Source: Nitrososphaerales archaeon (lineage in GTDB: Archaea; Thermoproteota; Nitrososphaeria; Nitrososphaerales; JACAEJ01). From it: a DNA stretch of 54,735 bases. Numbering within the stretch: position 1 is the stretch's first letter; each line of letters begins with the position of its first letter. This document shows positions 19,090-29,257 of the stretch, one piece after another. The stretch spans positions 1 through 54,735 of the forward strand of contig JBNAWJ010000021.1 of NCBI GenBank assembly GCA_049699795.1, in the 5' to 3' direction. The position numbers were made by a program, and so were the translations under genes. Below the pieces are notes generated by a model. That model was given only the letters and a program-made list of their open reading frames with translations. It did not search any database and was not told the DNA's origin.

Positions 19090-20778
19090 ATGATCATGGT
19101 TAAAATGTCTGGGTCTCATGCCCTCGTTGAAGCTTTATACAAAGAGAAAGTAGATGTTATATTCGGCTTACCAGGCGGGGCTATAATGCCAGTTTATGAT
19201 GTACTTCGAGACTCAAAGATAAGGCACATTCTTGTTAGGCATGAGCAATCAGCAGCACACATGGCAGAGGGTTACGCTAGAGCGAGTGGTAAAGTAGGAG
19301 TTTGCATGGCAACTTCAGGTCCTGGTGCTACCAACTTAGTAACAGGGATAGCGAATGCTTACATGGATTCTTCTCCAATAATTGCCATAACAGGCCAAGT
19401 CCCAAGGGCGATGATAGGTAAAGACGCCTTTCAAGAGACAGATATAATAGGGATAACAACTCCCATAACCAAGTACAATTTTCAACCAAGGCATGCTTCT
19501 GAAATCCCTGAAACTGTAAAGATGGCCTTTCAAATAGCCTCAACGGGAAGACCTGGTCCAGTAGTAATAGACCTTCCAAAAGATGTGCAGACAGAAGTTG
19601 CCGACATGGATTTTCCAGAGAAGATTGAAATTAGAGGCTATAAGCCCAATATATCACCTCATCCACTTCAAATCGAAAAAGCTACAGAGTTACTCACGAA
19701 AGCTGAAAGGCCCTTTATATTGGCAGGAGGAGGAGTTATAATTTCCAATGCCTCACAAAATCTACAGGCTATATCCGAGCTTCTATTGGCTCCTGTTGCA
19801 ACAACTTTTATGGGTAAAGGTTGCTTCCCTGAGAACCATCCACTATCTCTCGGGGTCATAGGCATGCATGGTACACTTGAGGCGAACAAATCAATCCTTG
19901 AAGCTGATGTTTTATTAGCTGTAGGTACGAGGTTCTCAGATAGGTCTACTGGTAAGATAGACGAGTTCTGCCCTGATGCAAAGATAATACAAATCGATAT
20001 AGACCCTTCAGAAATAGGAAAGAATAGAGCAATAGACGTGCCTATAGTTGGTGATGTGGGCAAGACTCTTATCGGATTACATGATTCATTGTCAAAACGT
20101 TTAGAGAAAAAGGAGAGTAGTCTTTGGTCAAAAAGGATTCAGCAGATAAAAGAAGAGTTAAAGGATAAAGTGAAGATTAATCAAGAGAAGGATTTGGTGC
20201 CTCAGAAAGTTTTAAAGGAGTTGAGAGAGATGTTGCCAATTGATGCCATAGTAACTACAGAAGTAGGCCAGAATCAGATGTGGGCTTCATTATACTTTAA
20301 GGTCTACAAGCCTCGAACCTTCATAAGCTCAGGAGGTTTAGGAACTATGGGCTTTGGCTTCCCAGCTGCCATAGGAGTGAAAGTTGCTAGACCCGATGTC
20401 CCAGTTTTTGATATAGCTGGCGATGGTAGCTTTACTATGACTGCCAATTCTCTTGCCACATCTGTCTCTGAAAATATACCTGTCACAGTGGTTATCCTAA
20501 ACAATTCAATGCTGGGCATGGTAGCTCAATGGCAAAGATTGTTTTACAATAGAAGGTATTCAGCAGTCGAGCTAGGAGAATACCCCGATTTTGTAAAACT
20601 GGCTGAAGCCTTCGGAGCCCAAGGCTTTCGTGTTGATTCTATTGATGAGTTCAAAAAGGCTGTAAAGCAGGCATTAGAAAGTCATGTGACAACGGTCATA
20701 GACGTTCCTATACCTCCTGAGGAGAATGTCTTCCCTATGATACCAGCAGGAAAAGGACTTAGGGAGATAATCTATTGA
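19090..20778 (+). CDS. ilvB: Acetolactate synthase large (catalytic) subunit
   Basis: ThDP enzyme blocks are present (GLPGGAIMPVYD, ...GPGATNLVTGIANAYMDSSP..., GLGTMGFGFPAAIGV...GDGSF). The second ATG at 19096 has better spacing to GGAGG (19083-19087). Confidence 0.92.
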   Translation: MIMVKMSGSHALVEALYKEKVDVIFGLPGGAIMPVYDVLRDSKIRHILVRHEQSAAHMAEGYARASGKVGVCMATSGPGATNLVTGIANAYMDSSPIIAITGQVPRAMIGKDAFQETDIIGITTPITKYNFQPRHASEIPETVKMAFQIASTGRPGPVVIDLPKDVQTEVADMDFPEKIEIRGYKPNISPHPLQIEKATELLTKAERPFILAGGGVIISNASQNLQAISELLLAPVATTFMGKGCFPENHPLSLGVIGMHGTLEANKSILEADVLLAVGTRFSDRSTGKIDEFCPDAKIIQIDIDPSEIGKNRAIDVPIVGDVGKTLIGLHDSLSKRLEKKESSLWSKRIQQIKEELKDKVKINQEKDLVPQKVLKELREMLPIDAIVTTEVGQNQMWASLYFKVYKPRTFISSGGLGTMGFGFPAAIGVKVARPDVPVFDIAGDGSFTMTANSLATSVSENIPVTVVILNNSMLGMVAQWQRLFYNRRYSAVELGEYPDFVKLAEAFGAQGFRVDSIDEFKKAVKQALESHVTTVIDVPIPPEENVFPMIPAGKGLREIIY

Positions 20779-20779
20779 G

Positions 20780-21283
20780 GTGATAACTTTGGGAGGGAAA
20801 GAAGAAAAAAATTATATTATATCAACGATAGTTGAAAATAAGCCAGGAGTTCTTTATAGAGCATCAAATATGTTCAGAAAAAGAGCGTTTAATATTGATA
20901 GTATATCGGTTGGACCTACAGAACGTAAAGACCTGGCTCGAATGACTATAACCATAAATGGAGATGAACCAACTGTTGAGCAGTTGGTTAAGCAGTTGGG
21001 CAAACTTATAGATGTAATTAAAATTAGTGTGTTAAATCCACAGAACACTGTAATGAGAGAATTAGCCCTTATTAAGCTCCATGTAGCGGATGCAAAAGCT
21101 AGATCTGATATAATAAATTATGTTAACATATTCAGAGGTAGGATAGTAGATGTTTCAATAGGGTCGATGATGATAGAAATTACTGGAACTCCTGACAAAA
21201 TAGATGCCTTCTTAACTCTGGCAACAACTTTCGGCATAAAGGAAATAGCCAGGACTGGTATAACGGCCTTGGTTAGAGGTTGA
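20780..21283 (+). CDS. ilvN: Acetolactate synthase small (regulatory) subunit
   Basis: 167 aa with an ACT domain start ...[39 protein letters not shown] start adjoins the ilvB stop. Confidence 0.88.
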   Translation: MITLGGKEEKNYIISTIVENKPGVLYRASNMFRKRAFNIDSISVGPTERKDLARMTITINGDEPTVEQLVKQLGKLIDVIKISVLNPQNTVMRELALIKLHVADAKARSDIINYVNIFRGRIVDVSIGSMMIEITGTPDKIDAFLTLATTFGIKEIARTGITALVRG

Positions 21284-21287
21284 GAAA

Positions 21288-22277
21288 ATGGCCAAGATAT
21301 ATTATGATGCTGATGCTGATTTAGGAGTTTTAAAAGGAAAGAAGATAGCGGTTATAGGTTATGGTAGTCAAGGAAGAGCCCAAGCCTTGAATATGAGAGA
21401 TTCAGGTCTAGATGTGTTGTTAGGGTTAAGGCCTGATGGAGCTTCATGGAGTAAAGCGAAGGCTGATGGTTTTCAACCATACACAATAGCCGAAGCAGCA
21501 GAAAAAGGAGATATAATTCACATGTTGATTCCCGATCTTGAACAGCCTGTTGTGTATAAATCTCAGATAGCTAAATTTATGAAGAAGGGAAAGGCCATAG
21601 GTTTCTCTCATGGATTTAACATTCATTTTAAGCAAATAGTCCCTCCTCCTTATACTGATGTGATAATGGTGGCACCTAAGGGTCCTGGAAAGGGCCTTAG
21701 AGATGCGTATGTAAGTGGCTTTGGTATTCCAGCTTTGATTGCTGTTGCTCAAAATTATTCAGGAAAAGGAAAGGACATCGCTCTAGCCATGAGTAAAGCC
21801 ATGGGTTGCACAAGGGCAGGTGTTTTAGAAACGACCTTCAAGGAAGAGACTGAAACCGATCTATTCGGTGAGCAGGCAGTCTTGGTTGGTGGGCTCATAG
21901 CTCTGATCAAGAAAGGATTTGAAGTTCTTGTTGAGGAAGGCTATCAGCCAGAGTTGGCATATTTTGAGGTCTGTAACGAAATGAAGTTGATCATGGATTT
22001 GGTCTATAATAGCGGTTTCACTGGTATGCTGAAGATAGTATCTGATACTGCAAAGTATGGAGGACTAACGGTAGGCCCAAAGGTTATTGATGAATATGTT
22101 AGAGAGAATATGAAGAAGATTTTGAAGGATATTCAAAATGGAAATTTTGCTAAAGACTGGACTGGTAAACCTGAAGAGAGTAGAAAGAAGCTAAACTCTT
22201 TGATGAAAGAAATATCTGATCATAAGATAGAGGAAGTTGGAAGGCTCATAAGAAAGATGGCAGGAATAGAAAAATGA
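21288..22277 (+). CDS. ilvC: Ketol-acid reductoisomerase
   Basis: [34 protein letters not shown] is the classic class I KARI N-terminus. Confidence 0.93.
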   Translation: MAKIYYDADADLGVLKGKKIAVIGYGSQGRAQALNMRDSGLDVLLGLRPDGASWSKAKADGFQPYTIAEAAEKGDIIHMLIPDLEQPVVYKSQIAKFMKKGKAIGFSHGFNIHFKQIVPPPYTDVIMVAPKGPGKGLRDAYVSGFGIPALIAVAQNYSGKGKDIALAMSKAMGCTRAGVLETTFKEETETDLFGEQAVLVGGLIALIKKGFEVLVEEGYQPELAYFEVCNEMKLIMDLVYNSGFTGMLKIVSDTAKYGGLTVGPKVIDEYVRENMKKILKDIQNGNFAKDWTGKPEESRKKLNSLMKEISDHKIEEVGRLIRKMAGIEK

Positions 22278-23794
22278 GCTCTGAAGATTACATCAAGATA
22301 TTTGATACAACTTTAAGAGATGGGGAGCAGACTCCAGGGGTATCTCTTACACCAGAAGAAAAGTTAGAGATAGCTCGTCAGCTCGATAAGCTCGGCGTAG
22401 ATACTATAGAGGCAGGCTTTCCCATAGCTTCTAAAGGAGAGATGGAGGCTATCAAGCTCATTGTCAAAGAAGGATTGAATGCAGAAATATGTGGATTGGC
22501 AAGAGTGAATAAAAGTGATATAGATGCTGCATTGAGTTGTGGAGTTGGATGCATTCATGTATTTATAGCAACATCTGACATTCATCTAAATTATAAGCTT
22601 AAGCTGACTCGTGAACAAGCCCTACAGAAAGCCATAGAAGGCGTTGAATATGCCAAGAGCTACGGTGTTCAAGTTGAATTCTCGGCAGAAGATGCAACTA
22701 GGTCTGATTTAGATTATCTCAAGCAAGTATTCAAGGCTGTTGAAGACGCTGGTGCAGATAGGATAGACATACCAGATACGGTTGGCATAATAACTCCAGC
22801 AAGAATCTATCAACTTGTTAGCGAGATCAAAAAGACAGTAAAATTACCCATAAGCCTACATTGTCATGATGATTTTGGAATGGCGGTAGCCAATACTCTA
22901 GCGGGAATAGAGGCTGGTGCAGTAAGGGCTCATGTAACTGTCAACGGTTTAGGAGAAAGAGCGGGCAATGCATCGTTAGAAGAAGTCGTTATGGCTTTAC
23001 ATTTATTGTATAGAAAGAAGACAAGAATAAACACTCGTTTGATATATGAAACTTCAAAACTTGTCTCAGAATTGACCGGAATAATAGTTCAACCAAACAA
23101 AGCCATAGTGGGCGATAATGCCTTTGGTCATGAATCTGGTATACACACTCATGGTGTACTATCCATGCCCTTGACTTATGAACCTATAGAACCAGAGTTA
23201 GTAGGAAGAAAGAGATGGATTCAGGCTGGTAAGCATGCAGGGGCTCATGGTATATTAGCTGAATTAAGGGAGATGGGCTGGCAACCAAACGAAGATCAAC
23301 TTAAGGAGATAGTAGAGAAAGTGAAAGAATTAGGTGATAAAGGGAAGACGATTACTGATACAGATTTGTCCGCAATAGCCAGATCTGTAATGAGGAAGAC
23401 TACAGAGGAGGAGAAGATCATTAACCTAGCCGATCTAGCGGTCATGACAGGGGTTAAAGTGGTTCCTACAGCATCTGTAAAGCTGATTCTTGATGGGAAA
23501 GAGTATGTAGCAGCCGAAACTGGAGTAGGACCTGTAGATTCAGCAGTCAAAGCCATTCAAAAGGTTACAGATAACTTGGCAAATATTAAGCTGAAAGAGT
23601 ATAGATTAGAAGCTATTACAGGAGGTTCAGATGCCCTCGCTGAAGTGATAATAAAAGTTGAGGATAGGAATGGAAATGTTGCATCTGCAAGAGCAACAGG
23701 AGAAGATATAGTGATAACAAGCGTAGAAGCCATGATAAATGGCATAAATAAAATACTGATAAAAAGAAAGCAGGCTCAAAGCCTTGCTAAATAG
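22274..23794 (+). CDS. leuA: 2-isopropylmalate synthase / citramalate synthase family
   Basis: [31 protein letters not shown] and a C-terminal LeuA-dimer regulatory domain are present. LeuA and CimA cannot be separated by eye. Confidence 0.85.
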   Translation: MSSEDYIKIFDTTLRDGEQTPGVSLTPEEKLEIARQLDKLGVDTIEAGFPIASKGEMEAIKLIVKEGLNAEICGLARVNKSDIDAALSCGVGCIHVFIATSDIHLNYKLKLTREQALQKAIEGVEYAKSYGVQVEFSAEDATRSDLDYLKQVFKAVEDAGADRIDIPDTVGIITPARIYQLVSEIKKTVKLPISLHCHDDFGMAVANTLAGIEAGAVRAHVTVNGLGERAGNASLEEVVMALHLLYRKKTRINTRLIYETSKLVSELTGIIVQPNKAIVGDNAFGHESGIHTHGVLSMPLTYEPIEPELVGRKRWIQAGKHAGAHGILAELREMGWQPNEDQLKEIVEKVKELGDKGKTITDTDLSAIARSVMRKTTEEEKIINLADLAVMTGVKVVPTASVKLILDGKEYVAAETGVGPVDSAVKAIQKVTDNLANIKLKEYRLEAITGGSDALAEVIIKVEDRNGNVASARATGEDIVITSVEAMINGINKILIKRKQAQSLAK

Positions 23795-23863
23795 ATCGCA
23801 AGTAAAATTTACTAAAGTTGATAGCATTATTTTTATTAAGTCAACAATTTTAGTGCTCAAGCC

Positions 23864-25129
23864 ATGGCAAATATCATCGAGAAGATACTGAGTAGAGCAT
23901 CAGGTAAAAAAGAAGTAATGCCAGGAGAGATAATCGAAGCTAATATAGACTGTGCAATGGTTAATGAGATAACTGGTCATCTAACAATAAAATACTTTCA
24001 CGAGGTAGGAGCGAAAGAAGTCTGGAGTAAAGATAGAATAGTCATGGTCCTTGATCATACAATTCCTGCTGCGAGTGTGGAAGCTGCTGAATTGCATAAG
24101 ATAATGAGAGAATTTGCAAGAGAGCAAAAGATAAAGCATTTTTACGATGTTGGGAGAGGAGGAATCTCTCATCAAATAATGATAGAGAAAGGGCATGTAA
24201 AGCCAGGAGATGTTGTTGTAGGGGCTGACTCTCACACATGCACTTATGGTGCAATAGGAGCTTTTTCTACAGGCATAGGCTCTACAGAGATGGTTGCAGT
24301 GTTCATGACTGGAAGGTTATGGTTCAAAGTTCCAAAAGTTATAGAAATAAAAGTAAATGGCAATTTTAGAAAGTTTGTTACGCCTAAGGACTTATTCTTG
24401 AAGGTTGCGAAGATTCTAGGAGTTAGCGGTGCAAATTACAGAGGGCTTGAGTTCAAAGGCTCCACTATTAAGGATATGAGTATAGCAGGCAGAATGACCC
24501 TATGTAACATGGCTATAGAAGTTGGCGGGAAAGCAGGCATAGTAGAGGCTGATGAAAAGACTTTAGAGTATTTGAAAGGTAGAGTTAATGGACCATTTTT
24601 CATTGCAAAGAGCGATCAAGATGCTGAATATGAGAAATCCTTAGAGTTATATGCTGATGATTTACCACCATTAGTATCTTGTCCTGATGCTGTCGATAAT
24701 GTAAAGCCTGTTTCAGAAGTAGAGGGAGTAGAGTTGGATCAAGTCTTCATAGGCTCGTGCACAAATGGAAGAATGGAAGATTTGCGCTTAACTGCTGAGA
24801 TACTAAAAGGAAATAAGGTCAGTGATAGAACTAGGCTCTTAATAATCCCTGCATCACAAGACGTATTCTTAGATGCTTTGAAAGAAGGACTTATTGAAAC
24901 ATTTCTCCTCTCTGGAGCGACTGTCGCTAATCCTACTTGTGGTGCTTGTTATGGAGGGCATCTTGGAGTTCTTGCGTCTGGAGAGGTTTGCTTGAGCACT
25001 ACGAATAGGAATTTTATAGGGAGAATGGGTAGCACAAAATCGAAGGTTTATCTAGCATCCCCAGCAACTGCTGCGGTCTCAGCCATAAAAGGAAGAATTA
25101 CTGATCCAACTTCATTCAAGGGCGATTAA
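23864..25129 (+). CDS. leuC: 3-isopropylmalate dehydratase large subunit (archaeal short type)
   Basis: Aconitase-family blocks are present (VLDHTIPA, GADSHTCTYGA, GSCTNGRMEDL, NRNFIGRMG). Confidence 0.9.
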   Translation: MANIIEKILSRASGKKEVMPGEIIEANIDCAMVNEITGHLTIKYFHEVGAKEVWSKDRIVMVLDHTIPAASVEAAELHKIMREFAREQKIKHFYDVGRGGISHQIMIEKGHVKPGDVVVGADSHTCTYGAIGAFSTGIGSTEMVAVFMTGRLWFKVPKVIEIKVNGNFRKFVTPKDLFLKVAKILGVSGANYRGLEFKGSTIKDMSIAGRMTLCNMAIEVGGKAGIVEADEKTLEYLKGRVNGPFFIAKSDQDAEYEKSLELYADDLPPLVSCPDAVDNVKPVSEVEGVELDQVFIGSCTNGRMEDLRLTAEILKGNKVSDRTRLLIIPASQDVFLDALKEGLIETFLLSGATVANPTCGACYGGHLGVLASGEVCLSTTNRNFIGRMGSTKSKVYLASPATAAVSAIKGRITDPTSFKGD

Positions 25130-25130
25130 A

Positions 25131-25619
25131 TTGAGAATATTAGGCAAAGTCGTAAAGTATGGCGATGATATCAATACCGATTACATCATACCAGGTAAAT
25201 ATATGGTTTTGACAGATCCAAAAGAATTGGCAAAGCATGCCATGGAAGGAATAGACCCATCTTTTATTGGAAAAAGTAAAGATGCCATAATAGTTGCAGG
25301 GAAGAACTTTGGCTGTGGCTCAAGCAGAGAACAAGCGCCAATATCATTAAAGTACTCTGGCACAAAAGCAGTAGTGGCAAAATCCTTTGCAAGAATATTC
25401 TACAGGAATGCTATTAATATTGGCTTGCCAGTTCTTGAGTGTGAGGATTTATTGGATATAGTTAAAGATGGTGATCAATTGATGCTAGATTTGAAGAGTG
25501 GTAAAATTAAGAATTTAACTAATAATAAATCTACACAAGCCCAACCTTTGCCAGAATTTATCCTTGAGTTGATAGAAATAGGTGGATTATTGAATAAATT
25601 AAAGAGAGCGAAAGTTTAA
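25131..25619 (+). CDS. leuD: 3-isopropylmalate dehydratase small subunit
   Basis: TTG start right after the leuC stop. GDDINTDYIIPGKY and GKNFGCGSSREQAP motifs are present. Confidence 0.9.
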   Translation: MRILGKVVKYGDDINTDYIIPGKYMVLTDPKELAKHAMEGIDPSFIGKSKDAIIVAGKNFGCGSSREQAPISLKYSGTKAVVAKSFARIFYRNAINIGLPVLECEDLLDIVKDGDQLMLDLKSGKIKNLTNNKSTQAQPLPEFILELIEIGGLLNKLKRAKV

Positions 25620-25625
25620 TTTTTA

Positions 25626-25723
25626 GCTTTGTGGCTTAATTGTTTTACCTTTATGCTCTCATGAGTATACGTCTTCTTTAGCATAAATGGATGTTATGAG
25701 AGGAAAAATTTAAGCCACAAAGC
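25626..25723. mobile_element. 98-bp palindromic miniature element with GCTTTGTGGCTTAA arms
   Basis: 14-bp perfect arms lie at 25626-25639 and 25710-25723. AATTTTTA abuts the left end (25618-25625) and recurs 1 nt beyond the right end (25725-25732). The element starts 6 nt after the leuD stop codon. Confidence 0.65.
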
Positions 25724-25809
25724 AAATTTTTACCAAATAGTAACTTCCTCTAATAATAATTGATAGATAAGTTGTGAGCCAAAGGTTTAGCTCAGCGTTG
25801 AATAGTGCT

Positions 25810-26205
25810 TTATATCCATCGTGTCTTAATTTCCTTCATGGATGTCAAGTGAGGGTCATTGGTGACACAATCAGCCTTCAAAGATTTGGCAGTTGCAGCT
25901 ATCATCGCATCAGCCATTGGAACATGGTACTTATGCCAAATCAAAGCCGCTTCTCTAGCCACCATCTCTGTTACTGCTATTACCTTAAAGTCCTTTCTGA
26001 GAAGAGCTATCCTTACATCAGCTACTTCTTTTCCATCGGTCTGAAGGGTCAATTTGAAAACTTCATAGATTGTAATTGTTGAAATAAACTTGGCATATCT
26101 AGTAGCGAGTTCTTGCTTTATGCTGTCTATTTCGTTTTGGGTCTTTGAATAGTACAGAGCAACGAAGAAGCGTGTATCGTATACGCTTCTCTTCCTAACG
26201 GTCAT
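25810..26205 (-). CDS. vapC: PIN-domain toxin VapC
   Basis: 131 aa with acidic PIN residues in order (YDT, YEV, ADAMIAAT, TND). It overlaps vapB by 11 nt. Confidence 0.85.
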   Translation of the reverse strand: MTVRKRSVYDTRFFVALYYSKTQNEIDSIKQELATRYAKFISTITIYEVFKLTLQTDGKEVADVRIALLRKDFKVIAVTEMVAREAALIWHKYHVPMADAMIAATAKSLKADCVTNDPHLTSMKEIKTRWI

Positions 26206-26431
26206 CTTCCTCTCTCATCTTGTCCAGTAACTCGAAGACAACTTTGCTATCTACCCGCCCAGAGCCTATGAGGTCGGCTGTACCGACTTTTTTCTTAAGG
26301 AGGATTCCTTCCGTTGACTCCAGGACCTCTAGCCGAGTTCCCTCAGTGATTTGATACTTTCTCCTTATCTCTATTGGGATCGTGGTCTGACCACGGCGTG
26401 TTACTACAACTTCCGTCATGATTCTACCCAT
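26195..26431 (-). CDS. vapB: AbrB/SpoVT-type antitoxin VapB
   Basis: 78 aa. VVVTRRGQTTIPIEIRRKYQITEGTRLEV is a swapped-hairpin AbrB/MazE motif. Confidence 0.8.
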   Translation of the reverse strand: MGRIMTEVVVTRRGQTTIPIEIRRKYQITEGTRLEVLESTEGILLKKKVGTADLIGSGRVDSKVVFELLDKMREEDDR

Positions 26432-26441
26432 GCTATCTTCG

Positions 26442-26502
26442 ATTATCCTACCTATAAATATTCCTATAATCTGAAAGTAGGAATATCAAGGATTAGGATA
26501 AT
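26442..26502. promoter_or_regulatory. Nested inverted repeats in the vapBC promoter region (probable VapB operator)
   Basis: Outer pair is ATTATCCTA (26442-26450) and TAGGATAAT (26494-26502). Inner pair is ATATTCCTA (26458-26466) and TAGGAATAT (26478-26486). Both share the centre at ~26472, and a TATA-like TTTATA on the minus strand lies ~24 nt upstream of the vapB ATG. Confidence 0.5.
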
Positions 26503-26515
26503 AGAATAAAAGGTT

Positions 26516-26653
26516 GCTTTGTGGCTTAATTCCGACTTTTCGTACGCTATGTTCCGATTTTCGCCCTCATGCGCGAACTATCTTTTCGAAACTCTTACTC
26601 TAAAGGACTACAATGGAACAATAAATTCGAAATTAGTAATTAAGCCACAAAGC
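26516..26653. mobile_element. 138-bp palindromic miniature element with 16-bp perfect arms and a perfect 10-bp target-site duplication
   Basis: Arms are GCTTTGTGGCTTAATT (26516-26531) and AATTAAGCCACAAAGC (26638-26653). ATAAAAGGTT occurs at 26506-26515 and 26654-26663. Confidence 0.75.
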
Positions 26654-26675
26654 ATAAAAGGTTAATTTTACTGCG

Positions 26676-27812
26676 TTAGAGATTTAATTCCCTCACTTTC
26701 TTTGCTATAGCATCCCCAACTTCACTAGTCTTAGAGTTGCCACCGAAGTCATAAGTCCTAACTTTCCCTTCTTTTAAGACTTCTTCTACCGCTTTCTCAA
26801 CTTTTAAAGCTGATTTTTCAAGTCCTAAATCCTCTAGCAACAAGCAACCTGCCAAGATGGTTGCAATCGGGTTTACTTTATTCAACCCCTTATATTTAGG
26901 GGCAGAACCATGAATAGGCTCGAACATCGAAGTACCTTTTGGGTTTATATTTCCGCCAGGAGCAAAGCCCAAGCCTCCTTGAATCATAGCGCCCAAGTCT
27001 GTAAGAATGTCTCCAAATAGATTTGGTGTTACAATAACTTCGTACCACTCAGGGTTCTTTACGAACCACATGGCTGTAGCATCAACAAAGGCAAATTCGT
27101 ATTTTATATTGGGATAATTCTTTGCAACTTCTTCAAAGGTTCTTCTCCAAAGGCTGTAGATATAAGTCAAAACATTCGCTTTATCAACCCCAGTAACTTT
27201 ACTTTTATTGTGCTTCTTTGCATATTCGAAAGCGTACTCTATGACTCTTCTTGCACCTTGCTTACTTACAACGCCTAATTGATAAGCAATCTCATCAGCG
27301 TCAGATTCTATATCCAAACCAAAGCGAACATGGTAGATATCTCTAACCAAGTCTAGTTCATGCCTAGTCTTTCCTTTCTTTACGTTACCACCAAGGCCTA
27401 TGTAAAAGTCCTCTGTATTCTCTCTTATAACAAAAAATTGGATGTCGCTAGGCTTCTTGTCCTTTAACGGTGTCGGTATTCCTTCATAGAGCTTGACAGG
27501 TCTGAGGTTGACGTATTCATCAAGGTAAAAGCGGAGCTTCAGTAATATACCAAGCTCAAGAATTCCTGGCTCTATTCTAGGATCGCCAAGAGCACCTAGA
27601 TAAATCGCCTTGTACTTTTTCAGCTCTTTAAGAGTTTCCTCATTAATCAACTCTCCTGTAGAGAGGTAATGCTCTGCACCATGAGGATAATCTATCCACT
27701 TTATATCAAAGCCATCTACCTCTGCAACAGCCTCGAGGACTTTTTTACCCTCGGCTATAACTTCAGGACCAACGCCATCTCCAGCTATAACAGGGACCTT
27801 GTATGTGACCAT
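26676..27812 (-). CDS. leuB: 3-isopropylmalate dehydrogenase family (isocitrate/tartrate/IPM dehydrogenase superfamily)
   Basis: Start moved to [18 protein letters not shown] (ATG at 27812), because the 47-aa track extension looks non-coding. [12 protein letters not shown] and EPIHGSAP motifs are present. The leuB assignment rests on context. Confidence 0.8.
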   Translation of the reverse strand: MVTYKVPVIAGDGVGPEVIAEGKKVLEAVAEVDGFDIKWIDYPHGAEHYLSTGELINEETLKELKKYKAIYLGALGDPRIEPGILELGILLKLRFYLDEYVNLRPVKLYEGIPTPLKDKKPSDIQFFVIRENTEDFYIGLGGNVKKGKTRHELDLVRDIYHVRFGLDIESDADEIAYQLGVVSKQGARRVIEYAFEYAKKHNKSKVTGVDKANVLTYIYSLWRRTFEEVAKNYPNIKYEFAFVDATAMWFVKNPEWYEVIVTPNLFGDILTDLGAMIQGGLGFAPGGNINPKGTSMFEPIHGSAPKYKGLNKVNPIATILAGCLLLEDLGLEKSALKVEKAVEEVLKEGKVRTYDFGGNSKTSEVGDAIAKKVRELNL

Positions 27813-27925
27813 AATTTTTACCTTTAATCTCCACGTCTTAAAGCGGCTAAATAAATATGTTATTGGTTTTGGTTTTTGAACTCCCCAATAGGAAATTTTA
27901 ATAAATGAACAGTTAACGTTAAGAG

Positions 27926-29257
27926 ATGATTGAGTTGATGAGTAAAGCTCCAAAAGAATACTATGATGAAATCTTCCAACTTATAGAGCAGCATCATAAA
28001 TGGTTCTCCAATTCAATACCCCTTATAGCAAGCGAGAACACTCCTAGCCCAGCAGTTCGTGAAGCTATCATGAGCGACTTTGGGAACAGATATGCAGAAG
28101 GCTGGCCAGGTGAGAGGCTCTACGCAGGATGCACCTATATTGACAAAGTCGAATTAATAGCCATAGAATTAGCAAAGAAGCTCTTCAGAGCAGAGTTTGC
28201 AGATGTTAGACCCGTATCAGGAGTTTGTGCCAATTTAGTAGTATACACCGCCTTTACAGATGCTGGGGACACTATGTTCTCTCTATCCATACCTAGTGGT
28301 GGACATATATCTACTGGTAGAAAATCATTAGGAGGGACTGCAGGCTCTGTCTCAAGACTAGAAGTTGAAAACTTTCCCTTTAATGTCAATGAGATGAACA
28401 TAGATGTAGACGAAACGAAGAAGAAGGTAAAGCAAGTAATTAATGAAGGGAAGAAGGTAAAGTTAGCCATGTTTGGCGGTTCTGTATTGACTCAACCTCA
28501 TCCATTAAAAGAGCTTGCAGATGTATTCCATGAAGTTGGGGCAAAGGTCTGCTATGATGGAGCCCATGTGGCTGGACTGATAGCTGGAGGATTGTTTCAA
28601 GACCCTCTTAGAGAAGGAGCAGATGTAATGAGTATGAGCACTCATAAGACTTTGTTCGGTCCTCAAGGAGGGTGTATAGTATCCTTCGATAAATACGCCG
28701 AAATGATAAAGAAAGCAACCTTTCCGTCAAATGTGAGCAATCATCATCTACACCATGTCTGTGGAAAAGCCATAGCCTTTGCTGAATTCTTAGAGTTTGG
28801 TAGGGATTATGCTTCACAAGTTGTAAAGAATGCTAAGGCTCTGGCCCAGTCTCTTTATGAGAGAGGTTTTCAAGTTCTTGGAGAAAAGAAAGGTTTCACT
28901 CAGTCTCATGTAGTATTGGTTGATATAACAAAGTATGGTTTGGGAGGGGATTTGGAGAAAAAGTTAGAGAAAGCGAACATAATCCTGAACAGAAACTTGT
29001 TGGCTTACGATTTGAGACAAGATAGGCATTACCAGAATCCTGGAGGCATAAGGCTAGGTAGCCAAGAGTGCACAAGGTTAGGCATGAAAGAGAATGATAT
29101 GGGATACATAGCTGAATTGATAGCAAGAATCGTTGTCAAGGGAGAGGATCCTGAGAGAGTTAAAAAAGATGTCATAGATTTCCGTAAGAACTTCAATAAA
29201 GTTCATTACTGCTTTGATTCTGTTAGAAAAGCTTATGAATATATCAGAATACGTTAA
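27926..29257 (+). CDS. glyA: Serine hydroxymethyltransferase
   Basis: [15 protein letters not shown]..., [15 protein letters not shown] and [14 protein letters not shown] (PLP lysine) are present. Confidence 0.9.
   Translation: MIELMSKAPKEYYDEIFQLIEQHHKWFSNSIPLIASENTPSPAVREAIMSDFGNRYAEGWPGERLYAGCTYIDKVELIAIELAKKLFRAEFADVRPVSGVCANLVVYTAFTDAGDTMFSLSIPSGGHISTGRKSLGGTAGSVSRLEVENFPFNVNEMNIDVDETKKKVKQVINEGKKVKLAMFGGSVLTQPHPLKELADVFHEVGAKVCYDGAHVAGLIAGGLFQDPLREGADVMSMSTHKTLFGPQGGCIVSFDKYAEMIKKATFPSNVSNHHLHHVCGKAIAFAEFLEFGRDYASQVVKNAKALAQSLYERGFQVLGEKKGFTQSHVVLVDITKYGLGGDLEKKLEKANIILNRNLLAYDLRQDRHYQNPGGIRLGSQECTRLGMKENDMGYIAELIARIVVKGEDPERVKKDVIDFRKNFNKVHYCFDSVRKAYEYIRIR

Noticed and set aside
19328-20519. 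Minus-strand track ORFs inside ilvB (19328-19579, 19336-19533, 19668-20063, 20304-20519), and similar antisense ORFs inside other well-supported genes across the window
   Set aside because: They lie wholly within strongly supported genes on the opposite strand. Their composition is low-complexity and they have no recognisable motifs, as expected for shadow ORFs.
25774-26082. Plus-strand track ORFs 25774-26082 and 25859-26044
   Set aside because: They are antisense shadows of vapC, which has clear PIN motifs on the minus strand.
25626-26653. vapBC plus the two flanking GCTTTGTGGCTTAA-armed elements as one composite transposon, or as an integron-like attC-bounded cassette
   Set aside because: Each element has its own flanking direct repeat: ATAAAAGGTT around 26516-26653 and AATTTTTA around 25626-25723. 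No duplication flanks the composite outer ends (TTAATTTTTA versus ATAAAAGGTT). No integrase, attI or cassette array is visible, and the arms do not resemble the attC R'/R'' core. Independent insertions are the simpler reading.
27813-27953. 47-codon N-terminal extension of the leuB ORF
   Set aside because: The dehydrogenase family N-terminus [17 protein letters not shown] begins at 27812. The extension would also overlap the divergent glyA start region.
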